In this document: positions 9,008 to 19,174 of the stretch, in pieces
Layout: each line of letters opens with the position of its first letter
Position numbering within the stretch: the stretch's first letter is position 1
DNA from: an uncultured Candidatus Rokubacteria bacterium
GTDB lineage: Bacteria; Methylomirabilota; Methylomirabilia; Rokubacteriales; CSP1-6
NCBI GenBank assembly: GCA_963789955.1
Contig: CAWBMV010000021.1
Coordinates: forward strand, 32,001-96,000
Direction of reading: 5' to 3'
DNA length: 64,000 nt
The notes under the pieces: model-generated
What the model saw: the letters and a program-made list of their open reading frames with translations, nothing else
Told to the model about the DNA's origin: nothing
The model's database searches: none
Made by a program: the position numbers and the translations under genes

Positions 9008-12000
9008 TCAGGCAAGCTGCGCCAGGAGCGCACGGACTTGACCGGGCTCGTCGAGAGTTCCGAGCTCCTCGAAGACCGTTAGCGCCCGCTCGAGGGCGCG
9101 GCGAGCGCCGGCCACGTCCCGCTCGGCCCGCCGGACCGCGGCCTGGGCGACGAAGATCTTGGCGACGTCGTTGCGCACTCCCGCCTCGTCGAGAATGCCC
9201 AGCGCCGCGTCGAGGTGACGGACGGCGCCGGCGCTATCCTCGGCGAGCAGCGCGGTACCGAGCAGCCGCTCGGCGAGACCCTCGAAGTATCGGTAGCCGG
9301 ATTCGCGGCTCTTGGCGAGCACCTCCTCGGCGAGACGGCGCGCGCTCGCGGCGTCACCTCGGCGCAGGTGGCTGTCGGCGAGCCAAATCGCATACCAGGC
9401 GCGCGTGAAGGTCAGGCGCGACCGCTCGAACCAGTCGACGGCGTCTGTGAGCATCGCGATGCCCTCGTCCATCCGGCCGAGCTTGACGAGCCCGTAACCC
9501 ATGGCCGCCCTGGTCATCGCCGCATCGTACGGGCTGGGCGAGAGGTCGAGCGCCTTCTGACAGCACGCGATTCCGGCAGCGGCGTCGCCGCGCTGGATGT
9601 GTGTCCATCCGCTACGCCACCAGGCGACCACCAGGAGCCGCCGATCGTTGACCTTCTCACCGTAGGCGAGCGCGCGGCGGCAGTAGTCGAGGCTGCGCGG
9701 CCAGTCCCCCATCGGGATGGCGGTGAGGCTGAGACCCCACAGCGTCCGGCATGCCCACCAGACGTTACCGTGCGCCTCGAACACTGCGAGCGCGCGCTCG
9801 CCGGCGTCGAGCGCTTCGCGCAGGCGACCGGCGTAAGCATACACCTGCCCGAGGCAGGAGTCGGCGGAGGCTCGGATCTCGTCGAGACCGGCCTGCTCGG
9901 CGATCTCCACTGCCCTCCGGCAGTACTCGATCGAGACGTCCGGGCGGGCACCGGTCAGGCTGTGAAGAAATCCGATCCAGTAGTACCAGGCGGCCTTGCG
10001 CGGGGCATCGGCAGTGGCGTCGACGATCTCTCGGATCGCGCTGAGAGCCTGGACGTGCTCGGCGTGCCGGCCGAGCGCGAACATGAGCTCGGCCTGCTTC
10101 ACGACAGCGTCGATACGGCGCAAGCGGTTAACCGGCGTGTCGGGCATGGAGGCCAGGCGCTTGATGGCTTCCTCGAAGAAGGCCAGGGCCTCGATGTTGG
10201 CCCACCGGCGCTGGGCCTTCTCGGCCGCGGCCAAGCCATAGTCGACGGCCTTGTCGTCGTCGCCGCTGCGCCCGAAGTGGTAGACGAGCAGCTCGACGAC
10301 CTCGTCCACGTTCCCGGCATACAGCTGCTCGAGACCGAGCGCCGCCGCGCGATGGTACTGGCGGCGGCGACGCTCGAGGAGGCCGGCATAGATCACATCC
10401 TGGGTGAGCGCGTGCTTGAAGCTGTACATCATCTCGGGATCGTCGGCGCTCGGAAACACGAAGTCGGAACCGTGCAGTGCGTGCAATCGCCGGTCGGTGT
10501 CGTTTGGCGGCGTCTCGACCACCTGGGAGAGCAGCGAGACGCCGAACCGGCGACCGATGACCGCAGCGCCCTGCAGCACGACCTTCAGCATGGACTCCAG
10601 CCGGTCCACCCGGGCCGCGATGATGTCCTGGATGGTCGCCGGTACGCGTACATCGGGGCTTCCCAGGCGGGCCGCGCCGTCCTCGACGAGGATGCCGCCC
10701 GTCTCGCGCAGCTGCAGGACCAGCTCCTCGACATACAGCGGGTTCCCTGCCCCCTTGTCGACGAGCAGCCCGAGCAGCGAGGGCGCAATAGTGCCGGCGC
10801 CGAGCAGGGTACCGATCATGGCCTGCATGTCGCCGAGGCCGAGGACTTCGAGATCGATTCGGTCCGCCATCGGAGGCTCCAGCCACGGTGCCGCAAAGCC
10901 TGGCCGGGCCGTCAGCGCCATCAGGATCCGGTGGTGCGCAACGGCGCGCGCCAGGTGCGCGAGGATCTCCAACGAGCTGGCGTCGGCCCAGTGCACGTTC
11001 TCGACCACCAGCACGAGCATGGCCGCGGCGCTGGCACGGACGAACACCTCGCACAGGAGATCGCGCGTCCGCTCCTTCAGCTCGGCGGCGGAGACGCGCG
11101 TGAGGAACTCGGCCGGCGCGGAGACGCCGAGGAAGTGCGCGAGCAGCGTGAGGCGCTCCTCATCCTCGAGATCGAGACGCGCGAGGCACTCCGCGCTGCG
11201 CGCGCGGATCTCGTCGGCGGCCATGCTCTCGGTCAGGTTCAGGTAGCGGCGAAGGAGCTCGAGAACCGGGCGATAGGGAATCGTGCGGCCGTACGAGACA
11301 CAGATCGTCTCCAGCTCGAGCACCATCGTGTCGTCGAGACCACGTAAGAACTCGTAGAGGAGGCGCGACTTCCCGGCGCCGGGTTCGCCGACCAGATACA
11401 CGACCGCGCCCTGCCCGTCGTCGGTGCGCTGGAAGACATCGACCAGGCGGCCCAGCTCCGCCGAGCGTCCCACGAGCGGCGTCAGACTCCGCTCTCGGGA
11501 GACCTCGAGGCGCGTGAGTTGCTGGATAGCACCGGTCAAGGCCCAGGCCCGAACCGGCTCGGCCTTCCCTTTGAGAGCGTGCTCGCCGAGGTCCTCGAAT
11601 GTGAAGGATCGGCCACGAACACGCCGCGTGCCATCGCTGACGACGATCTGACCGGGGCCGGCCAGCGCCATGAGGCGCGCAGCGAGGTTTGTCGTGTCTC
11701 CGACCGCGGTGTAATCCATCCGGAGGTCTGTGCCGATGGCGCCCACCACGACGAGACCCGTGTTGAGGCCCATGCGCATGCGAAACTCCGCGCCGTGTGC
11801 GCGGCGGACGTCGTCGGTCAGGGGGATCAGCGCCCTCTGGATATCGAGGGCGGCGCGGAGCGCCCGATGAACGTGGTCCTCGTGCGCGATTGGCGCGCCG
11901 AAGAGCGCCATGACCCCGTCGCCGAGGAACTGGTTGATCGTGCCCTCATAGCGATGCACGGCGCGGAGGATCACCTCGAACGCGCGGTCCATGATGTGGT

Positions 12001-12352
12001 GGACTTCTTCGGGGTCCAGCCGCTCCGACATGCTGGTGAATCCCGTCACGTCGGCGAACATCACCGTGACGATCTTGCGCTCGCCCTCCAGGGCGGCGCG
12101 CGAGGTCAGGATCTTTTCGGCGAGATGCTTGGGGGTGTAGTCCTGGGGCGATGCGAAGCGGTCGGGCCGTGATGACGACGGCTCGGCGACCCGGGGCGCG
12201 CCATCGAGCGGCGCGCCGCACTCGCCGCAGAACTTCTGCCCGGGCGGGTTGGGGGTCTGGCAGGCCGCGCACACAACCTCGAGACGCGCGCCGCACTCAC
12301 CACAGAACTTCTGGCCGGGCGGGTTCTCCTGACTGCAGCTCTGACACCTCAT
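9008..12352 (-). CDS. Double zinc ribbon + class III adenylate/guanylate cyclase + STAND-type ATPase + TPR protein
   Basis: CxxC...FCGECG twice; TVMFADVTGFT, GDGVMALFGAP, GDTTNLAARL cyclase motifs; GEPGAGKSRL Walker A; GNPLYVEE; FKHALTQD; helical repeats. Confidence 0.92.
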   Translation of the reverse strand: MRCQSCSQENPPGQKFCGECGARLEVVCAACQTPNPPGQKFCGECGAPLDGAPRVAEPSSSRPDRFASPQDYTPKHLAEKILTSRAALEGERKIVTVMFADVTGFTSMSERLDPEEVHHIMDRAFEVILRAVHRYEGTINQFLGDGVMALFGAPIAHEDHVHRALRAALDIQRALIPLTDDVRRAHGAEFRMRMGLNTGLVVVGAIGTDLRMDYTAVGDTTNLAARLMALAGPGQIVVSDGTRRVRGRSFTFEDLGEHALKGKAEPVRAWALTGAIQQLTRLEVSRERSLTPLVGRSAELGRLVDVFQRTDDGQGAVVYLVGEPGAGKSRLLYEFLRGLDDTMVLELETICVSYGRTIPYRPVLELLRRYLNLTESMAADEIRARSAECLARLDLEDEERLTLLAHFLGVSAPAEFLTRVSAAELKERTRDLLCEVFVRASAAAMLVLVVENVHWADASSLEILAHLARAVAHHRILMALTARPGFAAPWLEPPMADRIDLEVLGLGDMQAMIGTLLGAGTIAPSLLGLLVDKGAGNPLYVEELVLQLRETGGILVEDGAARLGSPDVRVPATIQDIIAARVDRLESMLKVVLQGAAVIGRRFGVSLLSQVVETPPNDTDRRLHALHGSDFVFPSADDPEMMYSFKHALTQDVIYAGLLERRRRQYHRAAALGLEQLYAGNVDEVVELLVYHFGRSGDDDKAVDYGLAAAEKAQRRWANIEALAFFEEAIKRLASMPDTPVNRLRRIDAVVKQAELMFALGRHAEHVQALSAIREIVDATADAPRKAAWYYWIGFLHSLTGARPDVSIEYCRRAVEIAEQAGLDEIRASADSCLGQVYAYAGRLREALDAGERALAVFEAHGNVWWACRTLWGLSLTAIPMGDWPRSLDYCRRALAYGEKVNDRRLLVVAWWRSGWTHIQRGDAAAGIACCQKALDLSPSPYDAAMTRAAMGYGLVKLGRMDEGIAMLTDAVDWFERSRLTFTRAWYAIWLADSHLRRGDAASARRLAEEVLAKSRESGYRYFEGLAERLLGTALLAEDSAGAVRHLDAALGILDEAGVRNDVAKIFVAQAAVRRAERDVAGARRALERALTVFEELGTLDEPGQVRALLAQLA

Positions 12353-12419
12353 CAGCCGATGGCCAGAGTAAGCCTTCGGCGCGCCAGGAGGCAAGCGCGG
12401 AGGACGCTCCGGCGGCGCC

Positions 12420-13265
12420 CTAGCCCTTGACGGCGCCGGCCGTCAGGCCCGCGACGTAGTACTTCACGAAGAACGAATAGATGAGCGCGACGGGGATGGA
12501 GCCGAGCAGCGCGCCGGCCATCAGCTGGCCCCAGTAGAACGCATCACCGCGGATCAGCTCGCCCACGACGCCGATCGGCACGGTGCGCACGTCGGAGCGG
12601 CTCAAGAACAGCAGCGCGTACAGGAACTCGTTCTGCGCCAGGGTGAACGCGAAGATGCCGGCCGAGATGAAGCCGGGCATGCAGAGCGGAAGGATCACGC
12701 GCGTCATCGCGCGCCACCGGCTGGCGCCGTCGATCAGCGCCTGCTCCTCGAGCTCCTTCGGCACGGTCTTGAAGTACCCCATCAAGAGCCACGCGATGAA
12801 GGGCACGAGCAAGGTGGGATACGTCAGCATCACGGCGCTGAGCGTGTTGCCAAGCTTCATCCGTCCGATGAGATCGGCCATCGGGACGAACAGCAGCGAC
12901 TGCGGAATCAGATAGGTCACCGCCACCGTGATGGCCAGGAGCGGCGCGCCGCGGAACCGCATGCGGGCCAGCGGGTACGCCAGCATGGTTCCGAGCAGCA
13001 GCGAGATGCCGGTCGCGACCACCGCCACCAGCATCGTGTTGCCGACCCACGTCAGGAAGTTGGTCTCCTGCAGCAGGCTGATGTAGTGGACGAGGGACGG
13101 ATGTTGGATCGAAAGCGGATTGGCCTTGGGGTTGTAGAGCTCGGCGTTCGTCTTGAGCGAGGTCGCGGCCATCCAGGTGAACGGGAACAGCGCCACGACG
13201 AAGAACAGCGACAGCGGGACCCAAAGGCCCAGGAGCCGCTTGCGCCACGTCAGCTCGCCGACCAT
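12420..13265 (-). CDS. Carbohydrate-type ABC transporter permease (MalG-like)
   Basis: EAA-like loop ELEEQALIDGAS, six TM segments, C-terminal GLTAGAVKG. Confidence 0.92.
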   Translation of the reverse strand: MVGELTWRKRLLGLWVPLSLFFVVALFPFTWMAATSLKTNAELYNPKANPLSIQHPSLVHYISLLQETNFLTWVGNTMLVAVVATGISLLLGTMLAYPLARMRFRGAPLLAITVAVTYLIPQSLLFVPMADLIGRMKLGNTLSAVMLTYPTLLVPFIAWLLMGYFKTVPKELEEQALIDGASRWRAMTRVILPLCMPGFISAGIFAFTLAQNEFLYALLFLSRSDVRTVPIGVVGELIRGDAFYWGQLMAGALLGSIPVALIYSFFVKYYVAGLTAGAVKG

Positions 13266-13266
13266 C

Positions 13267-14214
13267 TCAGTCCTTCCGCACGTAGTAGGTGAGCAGCACC
13301 AGCAGCAGGCCCAGCACCGGCACCATGCTGAGCGCCACCGCGGAGCCGAGCCCCATCTGGCCCGCGCCCATGCTGAGGCTGTAGGCGTAGGTGGCCATCA
13401 GGTGCGTCGAGTTAGCCGGGCCGCCGCCGGTGAGCACGTAGACCAGCTGGAAGTCGAAGAACGTCAGGATGACCGAGAACGTCGTGACGATCAAGATCAC
13501 GGGCAAGAGCGACGGCAACGTGACGTGACGGAAGCGATCCCAGGTGCCCGCGCCATCGATCGTGGCCGACTCGTGCTGCTCGACGGGAATGGTCTGCAGG
13601 CCCGCCAGGATCGAGATGCCGAAAAATGGCAGGCCGCGCCACGTGTTGACGATGATGACCGAGATCATCGCCATGGTCGGCGAGCCGAGCCAGGACGGTC
13701 CGGTCTTCGCCAGCCCGCTCTCCACGAGCAGGCGGTTGAAGAGACCGAGGCCCGGGTCGTAGATCCACTGCCACGCGACGGTACTGAGCACGGTCGGCAC
13801 GATGAACGGCAGCAGCAACAGGGCGCGGGTGATCGCCTTGAACTTGAAGTTCTGATTCATCACCAGCGCCATCCCGAGCCCACCGAGGGCTTTCAGCACG
13901 GTCGCGGCGCCGGTGAACTTGACCGTGTTGCCGACCGACTGCCAGAAGATCGGATCGTTCGCGAGCGTGACGAAGTTGCCGAGCCCCACGAAGATCGCGG
14001 GGCCCGTCACCTCTCGTCGGTAGAAGCTCAGGTACACGCCGTAGAAGAACGGGTAGCCCAGGAACAGCAGCAGGAAGAGGATCGGCGGCGTGAGGATGAG
14101 CCAGCTGAACACGGACTCCCGCTCCACGAATTCGCGGAGCCGGCCGAACCGGAGCGGCCGGTAGTCGCGCGCTTCGAGCGCGGGAGCCCGCGACGCCTCG
14201 ACGGCTCTACCCAT
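13267..14214 (-). CDS. Carbohydrate-type ABC transporter permease (MalF-like)
   Basis: FVGLGNF, LAGLQTIP..QHESATIDGAG, LTGGGP motifs. Confidence 0.92.
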   Translation of the reverse strand: MGRAVEASRAPALEARDYRPLRFGRLREFVERESVFSWLILTPPILFLLLFLGYPFFYGVYLSFYRREVTGPAIFVGLGNFVTLANDPIFWQSVGNTVKFTGAATVLKALGGLGMALVMNQNFKFKAITRALLLLPFIVPTVLSTVAWQWIYDPGLGLFNRLLVESGLAKTGPSWLGSPTMAMISVIIVNTWRGLPFFGISILAGLQTIPVEQHESATIDGAGTWDRFRHVTLPSLLPVILIVTTFSVILTFFDFQLVYVLTGGGPANSTHLMATYAYSLSMGAGQMGLGSAVALSMVPVLGLLLVLLTYYVRKD

Positions 14215-15508
14215 AGATCTGCTTGAGCTGCGTGACGGCCTCCGCGATGGCGTTCTTGGTCGGCGTGCCGGTGCAGGCCTTGGTGAACATGTCGATGACG
14301 ATCCAGCGATTGATCACGGCACCGTGGGCGCGGTTGGCCGGCGCCGGCCACGAGGTGAGCTTGCCGGTCTCGAGCACCTTCTGGAACGGCTTCACCCGCG
14401 GCTCGATGTCCCAGTCGGGGAACTTGTCGAACGCGTGCAGGTACGGGGCGAAGTACATGTCGCCGGAGGATATCCACGGCCGGTACTGCTTGGGGTCCAT
14501 GATCCAGCGCAGGAAGTCCTTGGCGGCCTGCGGATCGGGACCGTAGGCGAACACGCCGTGGGTCACGGGCACCAGCGCGTGGAAGCGACCGGCGGGGCCT
14601 TTGGGATTCAGCCCGTGGTCGATCACCTTGCCCATGTCCGGCAGGTCGCGCTTGGCCGACACCATGATGCTGTAGGCGTTGTTGGTGCACGAGATCTGGC
14701 TCGTCAGGAAGGCCTTGTTGTTGTGCGGGTCGAGCCAGCCGATGCAGTCCTCGATGCAGGCTTCCTTGTAGAGCCGCTTCACGTACTCGACGACCTTCAC
14801 GGTCTCGCTGCTGTCGAGCGCGACCTTCTTGCCGGCCTTGTCCATGACGGTGACGCCGTGGGACCAGAGCAGCGGGTAGAGCCAGGAGTAATTGTCGGCG
14901 AAGCCGTGGCCCATCGACATGCCGAACGGATGGCCCTTGGCCTTGAGCTTGATGCCGGCTTCCAGGAACTCGTCCCAGGTATCGGGGAATTGCTTGATCC
15001 CGGCCTCGTCGAACCAGTCCTTGCGGTAGACCATCAGCTGCCCGATGTTCGCCTGAGGCACCGACTTCCACTTTCCGTTGTCCACGGACAAAAGCTTGAT
15101 CTCGTCGTACCAGCCGCCTTGCTCCTTGCCCACCGCCTCGGCGATGTCGGAGACGTCCACCAGCGCGTCGCGATAGAGCCACTCTTGCTGCACCCAGGCC
15201 AGGTCGGCGCCGGACTTGTTCTCGACCATCGAGACGATCTGCGGCACGGCACTGCCGCCGGCGGCCTGGATCTGATAGTCGATCTTGATACCGGTCGCCT
15301 TCTGATAGGCCGGGATCAGGACTTTCTGGAAGTGCTCGTCGAAGTTCTTCACGTAGGAGCTTTCGCGCGCGAACACGATGGTCGTCGGCTTGGCCTCGAC
15401 ATTTCGGGAGATCCAGGGAGCCCCGATGACACCTGCGGCGCCAGCGGCCCCGGCGGCGAGCTTCAGGAACTCACGACGGCCGGTCTTGGACTTTGCGGGT
15501 TTCGCCAT
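14207..15508 (-). CDS. Tat-exported ABC substrate-binding protein (SBP family 1)
   Basis: GRREFLK twin-arginine signal; YRKDWF...PDTWDEF motif; first gene of the permease operon. Confidence 0.9.
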   Translation of the reverse strand: MAKPAKSKTGRREFLKLAAGAAGAAGVIGAPWISRNVEAKPTTIVFARESSYVKNFDEHFQKVLIPAYQKATGIKIDYQIQAAGGSAVPQIVSMVENKSGADLAWVQQEWLYRDALVDVSDIAEAVGKEQGGWYDEIKLLSVDNGKWKSVPQANIGQLMVYRKDWFDEAGIKQFPDTWDEFLEAGIKLKAKGHPFGMSMGHGFADNYSWLYPLLWSHGVTVMDKAGKKVALDSSETVKVVEYVKRLYKEACIEDCIGWLDPHNNKAFLTSQISCTNNAYSIMVSAKRDLPDMGKVIDHGLNPKGPAGRFHALVPVTHGVFAYGPDPQAAKDFLRWIMDPKQYRPWISSGDMYFAPYLHAFDKFPDWDIEPRVKPFQKVLETGKLTSWPAPANRAHGAVINRWIVIDMFTKACTGTPTKNAIAEAVTQLKQIYG

Positions 15509-15728
15509 GCCTTTTCCCCTTATGTGTGAGGCCAGTTCGCATCACGCGGGCCCCGGAATGCTCTCTGGAGCCGCAACCGCCCGGCGCGGTCGGGCTACCG
15601 GCTGCTACAACGCTTGATCGTGCGCCCTGGACCGACGGATCGTCAAGTATCGCATGGTGAAACGGACGGGCGGGGGCCGACGTTCCCTGGGCCTGGACCC
15701 TCCCGGCGACCACGTATAATCCCGCCGG

Positions 15729-16547
15729 GTGAACTCGACGGGTGACGACCGCGCCGCATCACGTCCGCGCCAGGCGCTGCGCTCGCTGGCGGTGATCGGC
15801 GCGATGGCGGTGATCTGGGAAGCCGCCAAGGCCCTCTTCGCGCTGCCCAGCTACCAGCTTCCCCATCTGCACGAGATCGCGGCGGACTTTCTGCGCGAAG
15901 GCGCGGGCGGCGAGCGCTGGTTCTGGATCATGACCCAGAATGCGGCGTACACGGCGCTCGAGAGCCTCATCGGCTTCGCGCTGGGCGGGATCACCGGCCT
16001 CGTTCTCGCCGTCGCCTTCGCGCACTCGCGATGGCTCGAACGCGGCCTCCTGCCCTACGTGGTCGCCTCGCAGACGGTTCCGATTCTCGCGATCGCGCCG
16101 ATGATCGTCGTCTGGCTCGGGACGTCGTGGTTCTCGAAGGCGGTGATCGCGGCGTACCTGACCTTCTTCCCGGTGACCGTCAACATGTCGCGCGGGCTCC
16201 GGGCCGTCGATGCCGACGCCCTCGCCCTCATGCGCGCGCTGTCGGCGAGCTCCCGGCAGATCTTCTTCAAGCTCCGGTTCCCGGCCTCGCTGCCGTACTT
16301 GTTCACGGCGCTGCGCATCTCGGCCACCGCCAGCGTCATCGGCGCCATCGTGGGCGAGCTGCCGGTGGGCAGTCGCTACGGCATGGGCGTCGTGATCATC
16401 AACGCCGCCCAGTACTACAACTGGCGCCCGGCCAATCTCTGGGCCGCCATCCTCGTCTCCGCGGTGATCGGGATCCTCTTCTATCACGCCGTCGCCGCCG
16501 TCGAGCGGCGCGTCGTGAGCTGGTCGCGCACCGCGCCGGCGATCTAG
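15729..16547 (+). CDS. NitT/TauT-type ABC transporter permease
   Basis: SQTVPILAIAP, FFPVTVN..RGL, KLRFPASLPYLFTALR, GAIVGE. Confidence 0.9.
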   Translation: MNSTGDDRAASRPRQALRSLAVIGAMAVIWEAAKALFALPSYQLPHLHEIAADFLREGAGGERWFWIMTQNAAYTALESLIGFALGGITGLVLAVAFAHSRWLERGLLPYVVASQTVPILAIAPMIVVWLGTSWFSKAVIAAYLTFFPVTVNMSRGLRAVDADALALMRALSASSRQIFFKLRFPASLPYLFTALRISATASVIGAIVGELPVGSRYGMGVVIINAAQYYNWRPANLWAAILVSAVIGILFYHAVAAVERRVVSWSRTAPAI

Positions 16548-16554
16548 ACGATCG

Positions 16555-17374
16555 TTGGCCTCGCCGATCATCGCGCTCGACGGCGTCGCCAAGACGTTCG
16601 AGAGCCGCGCCGGCGCCACCGAGGCGCTCCGGGCGGTCTCGCTCGCCGTCGACGCCGGCGAGTTCGTCTCGATCATCGGCCCCTCGGGGTGCGGCAAGTC
16701 GTCGCTGCTGCGCATCGTCGGCGATCTCGTCGAGCCCTCGGCCGGGACGGTGCGCGTGAACGGCAAGAGCGCGCGGCAGGCCCGTCTCGACCGCGACTAC
16801 GGGATCGTGTTCCAGACGCCGGTGCTCTACGAGTGGCGCACCGTGCTGGAGAACGTGCGGCTGCCGCTCGAGCTGGCGGGCCGGCCGCGCTCCGAGCGCG
16901 AGCAGCGGCCGCGCGCGCTCCTGCGCCTGGTCGGCCTCGAGGAGTTCGCCGGTCACTACCCCTGGCAGCTCTCGGGCGGCATGCAGCAGCGCGTGTCGAT
17001 CGCCCGCGCGCTCGCCCTGAACCCGTCGATCCTGCTGATGGACGAGCCGTTCGGCGCGCTCGACGAGATGACCCGCGAGCGGCTCAACCAGGAGCTGCTG
17101 CAGGTCTGCACCGAGACGGCCGCGACCGTGCTCTTCGTCACGCACAGCATCGCGGAGGCGGTCTTCCTGTCGAGCCGGATCGTGGTGATGAGCCCGCGTC
17201 CGGGCCGCATCGATCGCGTCGTGACGGTCGACCTGCCGCGCCCGCGCGTCGACAAGACCCGCGCGCTCCCGCGGTTCTTCGAGCTGGTGACCGAGGTCCG
17301 CCAGAGCCTGCGCGAGGATCCGGGGCTCGCCGGCGAGCCGCCGCGCCCGGACGGGTCGGGCTGCGCGAGCTCGC
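16555..17374 (+). CDS. NitT/TauT-type ABC ATP-binding protein (3' end uncertain; appears fused to next gene by frameshift)
   Basis: GPSGCGKSS, YPWQLSGGMQQR, LLMDEPFGALD, FVTHSIAEA, SPRPGRI. Confidence 0.88.
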
Positions 17375-18133
17375 ATGGGCTCGTGCGCGAATACGTGCCG
17401 GCGGCGCTCGTGCTCGTGGCGGGCCTGCTCCTGTGGGAGGCGGTCGTCTACGTGTTCTCGATCGAGTTCTATCTGCTGCCGGCGCCCCACGTGATCGTGC
17501 AGAGCCTGCGCGAGACCTATCCCGTCCTCGTCGAGGCGGGACTCTACACGTTCACCGAGGCCGTGCCTCGGCTACGCGCTCGGTTGCGGCGGAGGGATCC
17601 TCGCGGCCATGGCGGCCAGCCGTCGCCGGGCTTCGCCGACCTCGTCCTGCCGTACGCGGTGGCGTCGGCGTCGGTGCCCGATCATCGCCCTGGCCCCGCT
17701 GGCCATCGTGTGGTTCGGCGTCGAGCAGGGCTCGAAGATCGCGATCGTCATGCTGATGACGTTCTTTCCGACGTTCGTCAGCACGCTCCGTGGGCTCTCA
17801 GCGTGACGCCTCAGTCGCTCGAGCTGATGCGCAGCTATGCGGCGACCGAGCGGCAGATCTTCCTGAAGCTTCGGCTCCCGCACAGCTTGCCGATGGTGTT
17901 CACCGCCCTGCGCGCCTGCGCGACGCTGGCGATGATCGGCGCGGTCGTGAGCGAGTTCTTCGGGGGGCCCGTGAAATCGCTCGGCGTCTACATCAAGAGC
18001 ACGGCCAGCCTCTTCCAGACGCGGCAGGCCTGGTCGGCGATCCTGGTTGCGTGCGCCCTGGGACTCGCTGTTCTACTTCGCGGTGGCGCTGGTCGAGCGC
18101 CTGACCATGCCGTGGCAGCTTCGAGCGACGTGA
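17375..18133 (+). CDS. Second NitT/TauT-type ABC permease, multiple frameshifts
   Basis: Fragments in successive frames: LLWEAVV...LLPAPHVI; PIIALAPLAIVWFG...FFPTFVST; LMRSYAATERQIFLKLRLPHSLP...GAVVSEFFGG; FYFAVALVERLTMPW; stop TGA 18131-18133. Confidence 0.8.
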
Positions 18134-18160
18134 ACGCTGAACCGAGGAGGGACGCACTCC

Positions 18161-19170
18161 ATGGCGAAGAGACTGGCTCCTGGTGTCGATCGTGGCCGCG
18201 CTGCTCGCGGTCGCCATGCTGCCCGAGCACGGTCTGACCCAGGCCGGCGACAAGGTCACGCTCCAGCTCAAGTGGGTGACCCAGGCTCAGTTCGCCGGCT
18301 ACTACGCCGCGAAGGCCAAGGGCCTCTACGCCGCCGAAAAGCTCGACGTGACCATCCGCCCCGGCGGGCCGGATATCGTGCCCGAGCAGGTCGTGGCCGG
18401 GGGCGGCGCGCAGTTCGGCATCGACTGGCTGCCGAGCCTGCTCTCCGCTCGCGACCAGGGCGCGCCACTCGTCAACATCGCCCAGGTCTTCGCCTACAGC
18501 GGCATGCGCGAGATCGCCTTCAAGTCCTCCGGCATCAAGGGCGCCGCCGACCTGAAGGGCCGGAACGTCGCCGTCTGGTTCGGCGGCAACGAGTTCGAGC
18601 TGCTCGCCACGCTCGACAAGTACAAGATCGACCGGAACAAGGACGTGACCCTGATCCAGCAGCCGTTCGACATGAACCTGCTGCTCCAGAAGAAGGTCGA
18701 CGCCGCGGCGGCCATGACCTACAACGAGTACAAGCAGGTGCTGGACGCCGGCGTGAAGGCCGACGACCTCGTGGTCATCGACTTCAACAAGGAAGGCACG
18801 GCGATGCTCGAGGACGGCGATCTTCGCCAAGGCCGACTGGATCGCGGATGCCAAGAACAAGGACATCGCCGCTCGCTTCCTGCGCGCGTCCCTCAAGGGC
18901 TGGGAGCTCTGCAGGGACAAGCCCGCCGAGTGCGTGGAGATCGTGCTGAAGGAGAGCCCCGTGCTCGGCCGCGACCATCAGACCTGGATGATGGCCGAGA
19001 TCAACAAGCTCATCTGGGGGCCGCCGGCGCCCAAGAGCCCGCTCGGCAAGATGGATCCGGCGGCGTTCAAGCAGACGGCCGAGATCGCGTTGAAGTTCGG
19101 CGTGATCAAGAAGCCCGCCGGTGACGGCGCCTACACCCACGAGATCTGGGAGCTGGCGCAGAAGAAATGA
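18161..19170 (+). CDS. NMT1/THI5-like ABC substrate-binding protein, frameshifts near 18180 and 18820
   Basis: RBS GAGGAGG before ATG 18161; LQLKWVTQAQFAGYYAAKAKG motif; C-terminus continues in ORF 18934..19170 frame. Confidence 0.85.
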
Positions 19171-19174
19171 GCGC

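Noticed and set aside
9215..11347. Long antisense ORFs (e.g. 710 aa here; also 7158..8834, 36204..37469, 49344..50660)
   Set aside because: Shadow ORFs typical of high-GC DNA, lying opposite well-supported genes and without recognisable motifs
16555..18237. ABC ATPase-permease fusion (560-aa ORF)
   Set aside because: The ORF drifts in and out of the permease frame within the frameshift hotspot; best explained by indels, although the exact boundary is unresolved
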